From an uncultured Pseudomonadota bacterium (lineage in GTDB: Bacteria > Oederibacteriota > Muellerivitia > Muellerivitales > Muellerivitaceae): 64,000 bases of DNA. Numbering within the stretch: the stretch's first letter is position 1; each line of letters opens with the position of its first letter. Made by a program: the position numbers and the translations under genes. Where the stretch lies: contig CAVYRH010000019.1 of the NCBI GenBank assembly GCA_963770835.1, positions 192,001 through 256,000 of the forward strand, in the 5' to 3' direction. Shown piece by piece: positions 46,744 through 56,346 of the stretch. The notes beneath the pieces are model-generated. The model ran no database searches. It saw only the letters and a program-made list of their open reading frames with translations, and had not been told where the DNA came from.

Positions 46744-48492
46744 TTAAAACAAAATCGCCTTCAGCTCCGAAGGGACATTGTCGCGGATGAGCTTTAAGAC
46801 TTCCTCGGAGGTCTTCATTTGGAGGGCGGCCTGGGCGATTTCCTTCGACTTGGCGAAGGGCATCATGCGGATGACCTTCTTGACCTCGGGGATGACCGAT
46901 ACGCTCACTGAAAATTCGTCCAGTTCCATCCCCAAGAGAAGGGGGATGAACTGGGGGTCCCCAGCCATTTCCCCGCACATGCCCACCCACTTGCCGGCCT
47001 TGTGGCAGGCGTCCACCGTCATTTGAATGAGCCTCAGGATCGCGGGATGGAGGGGGTCGTAAAGATAGGCCACCGCTTCGTTCACCCGGTCCACCGCCAG
47101 TGTGTACTGGATGAGGTCGTTGGTGCCGATGGAAAGGAAGTCCAGTTCCTGGATCAGGAGGTCCGCTATCACTGCGGCCGAGGGAATTTCGATCATGGCC
47201 CCCACCTCGATGCCCGATCGGAAAACCTGGCCCTCTTTTTTCAGCTGCTGGACGCACTGATTCAGGAGCACCTTGGCTTCCCGGACCTCGGCCAGGGTGG
47301 AGATCATCGGGAACATAATCTTGATGGGCCCGTGGACCGCCGCCCGCAGGATGGCCCGGAGCTGGGCCTTGAAAATATCGGGGCGTTTGAGGCAGAGCCG
47401 GATGGCCCGCAGGCCCAGGAAGGGATTGCTTTCATTGAGGGGGTTTAGGTGGGACAGGAACTTGTCGCCCCCCAGGTCCAGGGTCCGGATAATAGCGGGG
47501 CTGACGCCGGTCTTGGTGGCCAGTTCTTTGTAAGCGGTGAACTGCTCCTCCTCGGTGGGAATTTCCTCCCGGTTGAGGAAAAGGAACTCGGTTCGGAAAA
47601 GGCCGATACCCTCCGCGCCGTGGCGGAAAATCTCGTCCAATTCCTGGGGCATCTCGATGTTGGCGGCCAGGGTCACCTGGTGCCCGTCGGGCGTGGAGGC
47701 TGGAAGATTCCGCAACTCCTCCAGGCTCTTCTGGAAGGCCTCGTAGCTTTCCTTGAGGCGCTGATACTGTTTGAGGGTTTGAGGCAGGGGGTTGACCACC
47801 ACCAGCCCCTTGTTGCCGTCCAAGACGATCATGTCCCCGTCCTGCACCTCGGAGGTGAGGGATTGCATGCCCACCACCGCCGGGAGCCCCAGGGACCGCG
47901 CCACGATAGCCACGTGGGAGGTCCTTCCCCCCACGTCGGTGCAAAAGCCCTTGATGGTGTCGGTGGGCATGCTGACGGTGTCCGAGGGCGCCAGGTCAAC
48001 GGCGATTACCACGACTTCCCGGTCGAGCTTCTTGAGCACGTCCTTCTCGACGCCGGTCAGGTTTTTGATGAGCCGGTTGCCCACATCCTGGATGTCCCCG
48101 CCCCTCTCCCGGAAATAGCTGTCGTCCAAGGTGGCCATGACGGCCTTGAACTTTTCCAAAGCTTCCTGCAAAAGGAATTCGGCGTTGAGACGGCGGGTTT
48201 GGATGGCCCCGGGGATTTCCTCCATAAAGAGGGGGTCGTCCAGGACCACCTGGTGGGCCTGGAAGATGGCCGCATGTTCCTCCCCCAGCTTGTCCTTCAT
48301 CTTGGTTTCGAGTTCGGAAATTTGGACCCGGGTTTTCTTAAGGGCGTCCTGGTAACGGTCCACTTCCCCCTTGATCTCCTCGGCCCTTAATATGCGGCGG
48401 GTCGCGGCCATACCCTGGGGATGGTAAAGAAAGGCCGGTCCGATGGCGATACCGCCGGACGCCGGGATGCCGTTATAGATTTTCTCGCTCAC
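46744..48492 (-). CDS. ptsI: PTS enzyme I (PEP-protein phosphotransferase)
   Basis: GIPASGGIAIG, GGRTSHVAIVARSLGLPAVVG (phospho-His), GIGLFRTEFLF, RTLDLGGDK, NPFLGLRAIR, SIGTNDLIQY, GMCGEMAGDP. Confidence 0.97.
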   Translation of the reverse strand: MSEKIYNGIPASGGIAIGPAFLYHPQGMAATRRILRAEEIKGEVDRYQDALKKTRVQISELETKMKDKLGEEHAAIFQAHQVVLDDPLFMEEIPGAIQTRRLNAEFLLQEALEKFKAVMATLDDSYFRERGGDIQDVGNRLIKNLTGVEKDVLKKLDREVVVIAVDLAPSDTVSMPTDTIKGFCTDVGGRTSHVAIVARSLGLPAVVGMQSLTSEVQDGDMIVLDGNKGLVVVNPLPQTLKQYQRLKESYEAFQKSLEELRNLPASTPDGHQVTLAANIEMPQELDEIFRHGAEGIGLFRTEFLFLNREEIPTEEEQFTAYKELATKTGVSPAIIRTLDLGGDKFLSHLNPLNESNPFLGLRAIRLCLKRPDIFKAQLRAILRAAVHGPIKIMFPMISTLAEVREAKVLLNQCVQQLKKEGQVFRSGIEVGAMIEIPSAAVIADLLIQELDFLSIGTNDLIQYTLAVDRVNEAVAYLYDPLHPAILRLIQMTVDACHKAGKWVGMCGEMAGDPQFIPLLLGMELDEFSVSVSVIPEVKKVIRMMPFAKSKEIAQAALQMKTSEEVLKLIRDNVPSELKAILF

Positions 48493-48502
48493 GCTGAACC
48501 TC

Positions 48503-48559
48503 TTAGCTATTAGCTGTTAGGTGTTAGCTTAAACCTAACACCTAAAGACTAATGGCTGA
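48503..48559. repeat. Heptamer-periodic palindrome (TTAGCTA/TTAGCTG/TTAGGTG) between ptsH and ptsI
   Basis: Arm 48503-48527 versus reverse complement of 48535-48559: 20/25 match. Confidence 0.75.
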
Positions 48560-48561
48560 TT

Positions 48562-48834
48562 TTATTCCTTTTCGCCGAACTTATTGGCCAACAACTGCCG
48601 GAGGGCAGCCATGGCCTCTTTGGCGTCGTCGCCCTCGATGGCAAATTCCAATTCCGTCCCCTTGGCGGCGGCCAGGGTCATCAGCCCCATCAGGCTCTTG
48701 GAATTCACGTTTTGTACACCATGGTGAATGAAGATCTGGCTTTTGAACTTGTTAGCGGTCTTGACCAATTCGGCGGCCGCCCTCAAATGAAGCCCCAACT
48801 TGTTGATGATCGGCAATTTTTCGGTCAATTTCAT
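48562..48834 (-). CDS. ptsH: Phosphocarrier protein HPr
   Basis: INKLGLHLRAA (His15), NSKSLMGLMTL (Ser46), 90 aa. Confidence 0.95.
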   Translation of the reverse strand: MKLTEKLPIINKLGLHLRAAAELVKTANKFKSQIFIHHGVQNVNSKSLMGLMTLAAAKGTELEFAIEGDDAKEAMAALRQLLANKFGEKE

Positions 48835-48859
48835 ACGTCTCCCCCTGAATGTGTCTTTT

Positions 48860-49009
48860 TCCCCGGTTTCATTACTGACCTCCTGATGTGAGAACTGGGG
48901 GCGCCCTTTTCTCTATTGAACACAGGACGGGCCTCACGGCCCGTCCTAAAGGAAAAAGGGCATGTCCCCAGTCTCATTATTGGCCTCCTGATGTAAGAAC
49001 TGGGGGCGC
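48860..49009. repeat. Two 45-bp direct repeats flanking a perfect 10-bp hairpin
   Basis: 48860-48904 versus 48965-49009: 40/45 identical. Spacer contains AGGACGGGCC-TCAC-GGCCCGTCCT (48924-48947). Confidence 0.85.
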
Positions 49010-49831
49010 ACTCAATGTCGGCCAAAAGGCCAGCATGAGGGCGAACAAAAGCACCGCGTAAAACATCTGGCTCGGGCTGATCTTGCGGTGCAAGGCGAAA
49101 GTGAAAAGCCCCACGATAGCGGTGAAAAAAGTCAGCTTTAGGACGAAAAGGCCCACTTCCTTTTCCAGGATGGACAGGTTCACGAAAACGATCAGCACTC
49201 CCAAAAGCAGGATTGAGGCCAGCCGCAGGCCCCGGATGGCCTGCTGGAAGCCGTACTTGCGCAGGGCTAGCACCACCTGGTCGCTCTGGCGGTAGCCCTG
49301 GAGGAAACCCATCAGGCGGATGCCAACATGAGCGATGTTGTAGACTACCAGGAAAAACAGCGGGATCACCCAGTATTGGCCCGTGATCTGGAAGGCGTGG
49401 GAAAGGACCAAGGTCACGGCGATGAGGCCGCAGTAAGGCCGGATGGTGGCCCAAAAAAGATTGTCCCCCATGGCGGCGATGGGGCCCATCATTCCCACCT
49501 TCAAGGCGCTGATCTCCTCTTCCTTCTGCTTTTGCCGGGATTTGGGCTGTTGTTGTTTTTCCTCTTCCATGCGGATCACCGCGCCCAGGATGAAGGAAGC
49601 CATGTAGGGGTGGCTGTTGAAATATTCCATGTGCCGGGTCATGGCCTGGGCCCTTTCCTCTTGGTTGGGATAGATTTTTTTCAGCACCGGCATCAGCACG
49701 AAGGTGACGCCATAGCTCAGGTAGCGCTCGAAATTCCACAACACCTGGAGGAAAAAAATCCTCCAGAAGCACTGGGCCAGGTCCAGCCAGGTGACTCGTT
49801 TTTCCACCGCTACGGTTTTTTCGGCGGTCAT
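48977..49831 (-). CDS. PTS mannose/fructose/sorbose family EIID
   Basis: ATG 49831. LQVLWNFER, PVLKKIY, RHMEYFNSHPY, KVGMMGPIAAMGDNLFW. Confidence 0.93.
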   Translation of the reverse strand: MTAEKTVAVEKRVTWLDLAQCFWRIFFLQVLWNFERYLSYGVTFVLMPVLKKIYPNQEERAQAMTRHMEYFNSHPYMASFILGAVIRMEEEKQQQPKSRQKQKEEEISALKVGMMGPIAAMGDNLFWATIRPYCGLIAVTLVLSHAFQITGQYWVIPLFFLVVYNIAHVGIRLMGFLQGYRQSDQVVLALRKYGFQQAIRGLRLASILLLGVLIVFVNLSILEKEVGLFVLKLTFFTAIVGLFTFALHRKISPSQMFYAVLLFALMLAFWPTLSAPPVLTSGGQ

Positions 49832-50610
49832 CCGGCGGCCTCCCCCTTGCCTACGAAGAAAAGGGCCAGCACGAACCCGCCGATGAGGGCGATGGCCACT
49901 AAGTGCACCCCCTGCAGGGGGGTGAAAACAGCGAGGCCCATCATGGCCACGATCGTCAGGACCAGGTAAATGACCGTCTTTTTCTCCACCAAAAGGTCGA
50001 TGACCGCCGAGCATCCCAGGGCCAGGAGAAGCCAATGGGCGTAATAGAAGCCCTCGATGACCTTGCCGTCCAAGATGCCGCCCAGGAGGTAGAACAATCC
50101 CACGCTCAGGTGGGCGAGGGTCAGGCAAGCCGCGGCCGCTAGGAAGCCTTTCAACCATTGCTCCCCGAGGACGAGGTAATTCAGCCACTCGAAGGTCTTG
50201 ATGTGGCCGCTGAAGGCCATCCGCTGGGCGAAATGGAGCCACCGGATATGGAACTTGCGCAGGGCGATCTCGATTTCGGTGCTCAAGGCCGCCAGGGGAA
50301 TGGCCACCCCGAGGGCATAGGTCATGGCCGCCTCCGGGTTGGAGTTTTTGACCAGTTCACAGGAAAGGGCCACCGCAGTGCCGGAGAGCATCATGAGGTC
50401 CAGGGGCAGGTGGGCTCCCACCGGAACGTCCCCGATCCAAATCAGCTCGATCAAGGCCCCCATTTCAAGGCCGATATCGGCCCGCCCGATCAGCCACCCC
50501 ACCAGGGGGCCCACCACGATGGGCCGTGAAACCATGAATTGCCCAACGGCCGTCTCATCCAGGCTTAAAAAAGCCATCAAAAGGGCGATGGGGAACCAAT
50601 GAGGCATCAT
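49828..50610 (-). CDS. PTS mannose/fructose/sorbose family EIIC
   Basis: GQFMVSRPIVVGPLVGWLIG, GALIELIWIG, PVGAHLP, ALGVAIPLA. Overlaps the EIID start. Confidence 0.9.
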   Translation of the reverse strand: MMPHWFPIALLMAFLSLDETAVGQFMVSRPIVVGPLVGWLIGRADIGLEMGALIELIWIGDVPVGAHLPLDLMMLSGTAVALSCELVKNSNPEAAMTYALGVAIPLAALSTEIEIALRKFHIRWLHFAQRMAFSGHIKTFEWLNYLVLGEQWLKGFLAAAACLTLAHLSVGLFYLLGGILDGKVIEGFYYAHWLLLALGCSAVIDLLVEKKTVIYLVLTIVAMMGLAVFTPLQGVHLVAIALIGGFVLALFFVGKGEAAG

Positions 50611-50676
50611 CTTTTACTGTCTCCTTCACTAAAGCGTCTTATTTTTCTTTATCCGTAAAAACGCCCTGTGTTCAAC

Positions 50677-50751
50677 AATTTTAAATTTTGAGTTTTGAAT
50701 TCTTAATTAAATTCAAAACCTTCCGCAATTTAAAATTCAAAATTAAGAATT
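50677..50751. repeat. AT-rich heptamer-periodic palindrome (AATTTTR) at the 3' end of the GH57 gene
   Basis: 50677-50701 versus reverse complement of 50727-50751: 21/25 match. Confidence 0.7.
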
Positions 50752-52921
50752 ACTTCTTTGTTTTTAATTCCACCAGCTTTGTCGACACGGCCGTCTTGAA
50801 GGTCTCCTTGGGTTTGAGGGACACTTCCCAACCCAGCAGGAGGCAGGAACCCTGGTAAACCCGCTCGAAGCCCCCCTCGGACTGGGAAATGGTCTCTACG
50901 GGATAACGCCAGAACTTGGCGGGACGGCTCGTTTTAAAGTTGATTTCCAATTCCAGCCATCCGTCCCGCATTCCCATTTCGGTCACTCCATCTTGCTCGC
51001 CCACGCTGTTCAATGAGGTTGGGGAAAGATGCCGGCCTGCCACGAAATAATTCCTATCCGGCGCGTTTCCCGCCAAAAGAGTGAGGTTCCACTCCACCAG
51101 GAAAAGGAAATTTTGACCGTGGGCGTCTTCGTTCTTCAGCTCATAGGCCGTCTCCAGGTCGAAATCCCCTGCCTTCAATTGCAGGTTTTTCGATAGCCGC
51201 AGGGCATGTCCACCAACTTGGCCAAGTCGGGAAAGCTGAATTTGGGCTTTTTGCCCTTTTTTCTTGGGTGATTGGATTTTCGACTCGAAAACCCCCGTTC
51301 GGAAGTCCCCCATTTCCTGGTAGCGGCTAGTCATCATTTGCTCAACCGTGGTCAAATCAGGAACGAAATGCTCCGTCAAGCTGACCCGCCGCGCGGAATC
51401 GTAAAAAAGCTTTTGCTCCAGCCCCGGCTCTTTCATGCGGACCATGTCATGGATGCTGGCCACGGCGCCCTGGGATTGGTTCCCCTGGGCCGCGGCCAGG
51501 AGCTTTTCATGGTAGGCCTCTTTGCGGCGGGTCAAGGTGTCGGTAAGGTTGATGAGTTTCTTTAAATAGTCCAGTTCGGTTAGGACGCCCCCTGAGGAAG
51601 GTTCCAGCACGGCGTGGTAATTGGCGCTCTCCACCACGATTTCGGGACGGCCGTCCTTGTTGAAATCCGTTTCTCGAATGCCGATCCCCCCGGGAGGGTC
51701 GGGCAAAATGGCTTCCGCCAGTTTTTCCGCCTCGATCAATTCGCGGTACACGGCGAAACGCAAGTGGTTCAGGTAAAGGCCCCCGAAAACGCCATGCCAG
51801 TAGGGGCAATTGCACTCGCCCCGGTAAAGGGCGCGTATTGCTTGGTCCAATGCGGCTTTTTGCTTGGGCGAGGCCTTTTTGGTAAGGCGCTTTTTGGCCT
51901 CCTCCACCTTGGCCGAAACCCAAAGCATTTTCTTATGCAGGTGGTTGCTTTCGGCGTATTTGGATAGGAAATTTCGCCAAAAACCACCCTTGAGGTAGCG
52001 GTCGTACCGTGGCATTTCGCCGCGGTCCCGGACTTCGTGGCGGATGTGTTCGTAGTCCATCGCGGCTTCGGCGGGAAGGGACCATTCCCCCATTTCGGTG
52101 TAGGAACCCGTCGGCAGGCTGAGAAGGCCTTTGGGGGCCCTTTGGGCCGCGAACTCCGAGAAAGTGGCCGTCTTCAGCCAGGAGGAGTTTTCCTCCAGGG
52201 CGGTGAAGAACCGCTCCAACCAGCCTTCCTCGTAGACCCATTTATAGGTGTCGGGCCAGCCCCCGAATTTTTCCCCATCGTCCATCAGGACCACGCAGCG
52301 GTCGCCCTCCTCGGTGGCCACGGACTGGAGGTATTGGAGGGACTCCTCCACGGCCCGGAACGGCACCATATAGCGCATCTTTTCGGAGATGGGAAAGACA
52401 CCGACCGTTTCCCCCTGCTCCTCCATGAAGTAGTAACCGAAAGTTTCGTCCTCTTTCAGGCCCGACGCCTTGAAATGGGCGTCGTCCATCACCAGGTACT
52501 TCACGCCCGCCTCGGCCAGGTTCTTGGTCAGGTGGGGTTCCCAGACCCGTTCCGCGGTCCACATTCCCTGCGGCTCCACCTTGAACCGCCGCTTCAGGTA
52601 GTCGGTCATCATGTGGATCTGCCCCGCCTTATCCCGGTCCGGCAGGACCGCCAGGATCGGCTCATACATGGCCCCCGTGAAAAGTTCGACCTGTTCCCTT
52701 TTCGTCATTTCCCCCAAGAGGCGGAAATAATCGGGGCGGTACTGTTCCAGCCATTCCAGGAGGGGCCCGGTGACGTGGAAGGTGCATTTCACCTTGGGGT
52801 GGCGGTGGAGGATGTGCAGGAAGGGCTCGTAGGACTGCTTGTAAAGGTCCTCGAAAACCTTGCTGAAATTGCCCACCGGCTGGTGGTTATGGACGCCGAA
52901 GATGAAGGTGAGGGTTTTCAT
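50750..52921 (-). CDS. GH57 alpha-amylase / 4-alpha-glucanotransferase (with DUF1925/DUF1926-like domains)
   Basis: HNHQPVGN, GMWTAERVWEP (nucleophile E), DDAHF, MDDGEKFGGWP (acid D), SYTEMGEW, CNCPYWHGVFGGLYLNHLR, SQSEGGFERVYQG. Confidence 0.93.
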   Translation of the reverse strand: MKTLTFIFGVHNHQPVGNFSKVFEDLYKQSYEPFLHILHRHPKVKCTFHVTGPLLEWLEQYRPDYFRLLGEMTKREQVELFTGAMYEPILAVLPDRDKAGQIHMMTDYLKRRFKVEPQGMWTAERVWEPHLTKNLAEAGVKYLVMDDAHFKASGLKEDETFGYYFMEEQGETVGVFPISEKMRYMVPFRAVEESLQYLQSVATEEGDRCVVLMDDGEKFGGWPDTYKWVYEEGWLERFFTALEENSSWLKTATFSEFAAQRAPKGLLSLPTGSYTEMGEWSLPAEAAMDYEHIRHEVRDRGEMPRYDRYLKGGFWRNFLSKYAESNHLHKKMLWVSAKVEEAKKRLTKKASPKQKAALDQAIRALYRGECNCPYWHGVFGGLYLNHLRFAVYRELIEAEKLAEAILPDPPGGIGIRETDFNKDGRPEIVVESANYHAVLEPSSGGVLTELDYLKKLINLTDTLTRRKEAYHEKLLAAAQGNQSQGAVASIHDMVRMKEPGLEQKLFYDSARRVSLTEHFVPDLTTVEQMMTSRYQEMGDFRTGVFESKIQSPKKKGQKAQIQLSRLGQVGGHALRLSKNLQLKAGDFDLETAYELKNEDAHGQNFLFLVEWNLTLLAGNAPDRNYFVAGRHLSPTSLNSVGEQDGVTEMGMRDGWLELEINFKTSRPAKFWRYPVETISQSEGGFERVYQGSCLLLGWEVSLKPKETFKTAVSTKLVELKTKK

Positions 52922-52996
52922 TTCAGTTCTCTCAAACCGGAGGTTCGCCGGAACCGGGATTTTCAATCCCCGGCCCGTCTTTTTCGAACTATCCCA

Positions 52997-53485
52997 TTAA
53001 TTGGTTTTTAGCTGCGTGATGTACTTGTCCAGGGATTCCCGGAGGTCGCCGGGCACCGCGCGGACTTCCAGCTCAATTCCCTGTTTCTTCAGCTCCCGGA
53101 AGGCGCCGATATCGCCTTCATTGACGCAAACCGTCTTGCTGACCTGCTGCTTTCCCTCGCAATAATGCATCCCGCCCACGTTGACGGAAGTGAGGACCCC
53201 GCCCTGGCGGCCGAATTCCAGCACGTCCACCGGGTTGGAAAACAAAAGGAGGCTTTTCTCGTGCGTTTCGCCGGGGTGGCAATTCCGGGCCGCTTCCTCC
53301 ACCGTATAGAAGCTCACCTTGAGCCCCGAGGGAACGGCCATTTCCATCAGGGTTTTCTGCATCGAATTGCGGGCGATGGCGTCATTGACCACCACCAGGC
53401 GTTCGATGCCCAGGGCCTTGACCCAGCCCACCACCACTTGCCCGTGGATCAGCCGGTCGTCGATTCGAATCAGTTGGATATCCAT
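52997..53485 (-). CDS. PTS mannose family EIIB
   Basis: RIDDRLIHGQVVVGW, VNVGGMH. Confidence 0.95.
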   Translation of the reverse strand: MDIQLIRIDDRLIHGQVVVGWVKALGIERLVVVNDAIARNSMQKTLMEMAVPSGLKVSFYTVEEAARNCHPGETHEKSLLLFSNPVDVLEFGRQGGVLTSVNVGGMHYCEGKQQVSKTVCVNEGDIGAFRELKKQGIELEVRAVPGDLRESLDKYITQLKTN

Positions 53486-53505
53486 TCCGCTTCCGAACCT
53501 CCGCC

Positions 53506-53913
53506 TTAATCGTTTTTTTTGAGAAGCTCAACCGACGTGACAATGCTTTCCCGCGTGGCCTTTTTGACTTCCTGCAGGAACCCGTCCATGTCCGTTTCGT
53601 CCCGGTGGGAGGCGATCTTGATCAGCATGGGCAGGTTCACCCCCGTGATCACCCGCAAGGGGCGTTCTTGGGCCATGCGCAGCGCCACGTTAAAGGGAGT
53701 GCCCCCCAGCATGTCGACCAGGACCAGGGTCCCCGACCCCTTCGGGTCCACTTCCTTGAGGGCCCGGGACATCTTTTCCTCAAAGGTTTCAACAGCATCT
53801 TCAGGTGCCAGGGCGACGGCAGTGACGCCTTCCGTCTCCCCCAGGACCATTTTCAGGGTGGAAAGAAGGTGTTTGCCGAATTCCCCGTGGGTGGCCACAA
53901 TGACGCCGATCAT
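53506..53913 (-). CDS. PTS mannose family EIIA
   Basis: MIGVIVATHG, LVDMLGGTPFN, VITGVNLPML. Confidence 0.95.
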   Translation of the reverse strand: MIGVIVATHGEFGKHLLSTLKMVLGETEGVTAVALAPEDAVETFEEKMSRALKEVDPKGSGTLVLVDMLGGTPFNVALRMAQERPLRVITGVNLPMLIKIASHRDETDMDGFLQEVKKATRESIVTSVELLKKND

Positions 53914-54053
53914 GGGTGAAGTTTCCTCCAAAAAAAGGCGGATGGGACGTTCCCCATCACGAAAAATCGCCTTGTTTTATCCCCAAGAGGTTAAAGGGAG
54001 CGGGTTGCTTTATCAATGCTTAAAAAGGCCCGGCCGGGATCATCCGAATGGGC

Positions 54054-55337
54054 TTAAACCCGGAAAGGGTACCCCACCAGCAACCGAATGATGGCTTTTC
54101 CCAATTTCTCCGGGCTGTGGCGGACATAGTCCTCTTGGTGGAGCAAATTCGTTTTGACCAACTGAACGCCTTGTTGCTTGACGGCTGCTTCGTCCACGGG
54201 TACGGGCTCCTGCCCATTGGCTTCGTAACGGGCCAGGAGCCTTTGGGGGACTTTTTCCTTGTTGGCGATCACGAAATGGATGAAATTGGGGCCGGTATGT
54301 TTCAAAAGGGCCCCCACGTGGTCCGAAACGGTGAAATGGTCCGTCTCGCCGGGCTGGGTCATGACGTTGCAGACGTAAATCTTGACGGCGCGCGACAAGG
54401 CGATGGTTTCCGCCACCTGGGGGATCAACAGGTTCGGAATGACACTGGTGTAAAGGCTCCCCGGCCCCAGGACGATGGCGTCCGCCTCCAGGATGGCTTT
54501 CAGGACTTCCTTGTTGGGACGAATCTTTTTTTCCTTAAGTAAAAGCCGGTCGATGGGGGACTTGCCCAGGGGAATGAGGGATTCGCCGGTGACGGTCTTG
54601 CCGTTTTTCAGTTTCGCTTGAAGCGTCATGTCGTCGAAGGTCACCGGCATTACCGTGCCCCGGGTGGCCAGCACCTTGCTGGATTCCTCCACCGCCTTGC
54701 CGAAATCTCCCGTGATTTCCTTCATCACCGTGATGAAAAGGTTGCCGAAGCTGTGGCCCTTCAGGTCCCCGTGGCCCTTGAAGCGGTACTGGAACAAATC
54801 TTTCAAGAGGGTTTCCTGGTCGGACAGGGCCACGATGCAATTGCGGATGTCGCCCGGCGGGGGTGTGCCGAAATCCCGCCTCAAGCGGCCCGAGCTGCCG
54901 CCGTCGTCGGCCACTGTCACCACAGCCACCAGGTTGCTGGTGTAAAGCTTCAGGCTGGAAAGGACGTTGGGTAGGCCCGTTCCCCCTCCCACAGCCACGA
55001 TCCGGGGACCGCGCTTCAAGCGCATCCGCTGGTAGGCCATGTTGATGAATTCTTTTTCACGGGCGGGGGCGTAAACGGTTAGGACAGAGAAGATCAGACG
55101 CCGCAGGCCCATCCAGATACCCCAGCAGGCCAAAAGCATGAAAAGGAAATCCACGAATTTCAGGTGTTTCAGGTGGTCTTCCAGTTCGACGATAACGGGG
55201 GGGCGCAGGTGGATGCCCCCGGTATGCTGGCTCATGACGCCAGAAAATCCGACGTATAAAACCACCATGGAAAGGACAATAAGGAAAATCCAACGCTTCA
55301 GGCGCAAGCCGGGATAAAGCCAACGGAATGCCGGCAT
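54054..55337 (-). CDS. yvcK: YvcK/GlmR (UPF0052) UDP-sugar-binding protein with N-terminal TM segments
   Basis: ATG 55337 overlaps the hprK stop. WLYPGLRLKRW, VAVGGGTGL, VTVADDGGSSGRLR, PPGDIRNC, GHSFGNL, GPGSLYTS, NVMTQPGET. Confidence 0.92.
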   Translation of the reverse strand: MPAFRWLYPGLRLKRWIFLIVLSMVVLYVGFSGVMSQHTGGIHLRPPVIVELEDHLKHLKFVDFLFMLLACWGIWMGLRRLIFSVLTVYAPAREKEFINMAYQRMRLKRGPRIVAVGGGTGLPNVLSSLKLYTSNLVAVVTVADDGGSSGRLRRDFGTPPPGDIRNCIVALSDQETLLKDLFQYRFKGHGDLKGHSFGNLFITVMKEITGDFGKAVEESSKVLATRGTVMPVTFDDMTLQAKLKNGKTVTGESLIPLGKSPIDRLLLKEKKIRPNKEVLKAILEADAIVLGPGSLYTSVIPNLLIPQVAETIALSRAVKIYVCNVMTQPGETDHFTVSDHVGALLKHTGPNFIHFVIANKEKVPQRLLARYEANGQEPVPVDEAAVKQQGVQLVKTNLLHQEDYVRHSPEKLGKAIIRLLVGYPFRV

Positions 55338-56308
55338 TATTTTTTGCCCTTGGACCGGGTGGGTTGGGGGCGGGCCGATTCCTCGGCCATCATGCGGGAA
55401 ACGCGGTCGGCGAACTCCTGGGCCGTGAAATAACCCAGTTTCATGAGCCGGTGGTTCATGGCTGCCACCTCGATGATGACCGCCAGGTTCCTTCCGGGCC
55501 GCACGGGGATGAGGAACATGGGGATTTCCACGTCGAAGATCTGGTGGGTGGAGGGCGTTAGGCCCAGCCGGTCGTATTCCTTCTGGTTGTCCCATTCCTC
55601 CAGCCGGATGACCAGCTCGATACGCTTCTTGTCCCGGATTGCGCCCACTCCGAAAAGGCTTTCGATGTTGATGATCCCCAGGCCCCGGATTTCCATGTGG
55701 TGCTTGATGATTTCCGAGCGCGAGCCCATCAGGATGCGGTTGGCCAGCCGTTTGATGTAGACCAGGTCATCCGCCACCAGCCGGTGGCTTCGCTCCACCA
55801 GATCCAGGGCACATTCGCTCTTGCCGATTCCGGAATTGCCCAGGATGAGAATCCCCACGCCGTAGACGTCCATCAGGGTGCCATGGATGGTGGTCTCAGG
55901 GGCGAATTCCTCCTCCAGATAAACCGATATCTCCGAAACGAACTTGGTGGTGGGGGTGGGCGTGGTGAAAAGGGGAATTTGTCGCCGCTTGGCTTCCACC
56001 GTCAAATCGGCGGGGGGCTTCATCTTGTGGGTTACGACGATGCAGGGCAAGCGGTAGGACAAAAGGGCTTGGAGGATTTTTTTTCGTTGGGCGGGCTTCA
56101 GGGTACGAAGGTAATGGATTTCGGTCTTTCCCAGGATCTGGAGGCGCTCATAGGGGAACCACTTGAGGTATCCGGTCAGGGCCATCCCCATGCGGTTGAT
56201 GTCCACGCTGACGATAAACCGGTTCGACATGCCTTCTTCGACCAAGGGGGAAAGACGGAGCCTTTCCTTGGCCTGCTGAAAAAAGGACTCCACGGAAATT
56301 TTCTTCAT
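55337..56308 (-). CDS. hprK: HPr(Ser) kinase/phosphorylase
   Basis: RLQILGKTE, HGTLMDVYGVGILILGNSGIGKSECALDLVERSHRLVADD, MEIRGLGII, PVRPGRNLAVIIEVAAMN. Confidence 0.97.
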   Translation of the reverse strand: MKKISVESFFQQAKERLRLSPLVEEGMSNRFIVSVDINRMGMALTGYLKWFPYERLQILGKTEIHYLRTLKPAQRKKILQALLSYRLPCIVVTHKMKPPADLTVEAKRRQIPLFTTPTPTTKFVSEISVYLEEEFAPETTIHGTLMDVYGVGILILGNSGIGKSECALDLVERSHRLVADDLVYIKRLANRILMGSRSEIIKHHMEIRGLGIINIESLFGVGAIRDKKRIELVIRLEEWDNQKEYDRLGLTPSTHQIFDVEIPMFLIPVRPGRNLAVIIEVAAMNHRLMKLGYFTAQEFADRVSRMMAEESARPQPTRSKGKK

Positions 56309-56346
56309 GGTCTTCGCCTTACCGCCCCCTCCGGGGAAAAACCCCG

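Noticed and set aside
48860..49009. Possible mini-CRISPR array
   Set aside because: Only two 45-bp units with a 60-bp self-complementary spacer, one unit overlaps a CDS end, and no cas genes are in the window.
48831..50242. 313-aa ORF 48831-49772 and the long extension of EIID to 50242
   Set aside because: Alternative-frame overlaps of EIID and EIIC. The true EIID start at 49831 overlaps the EIIC stop.
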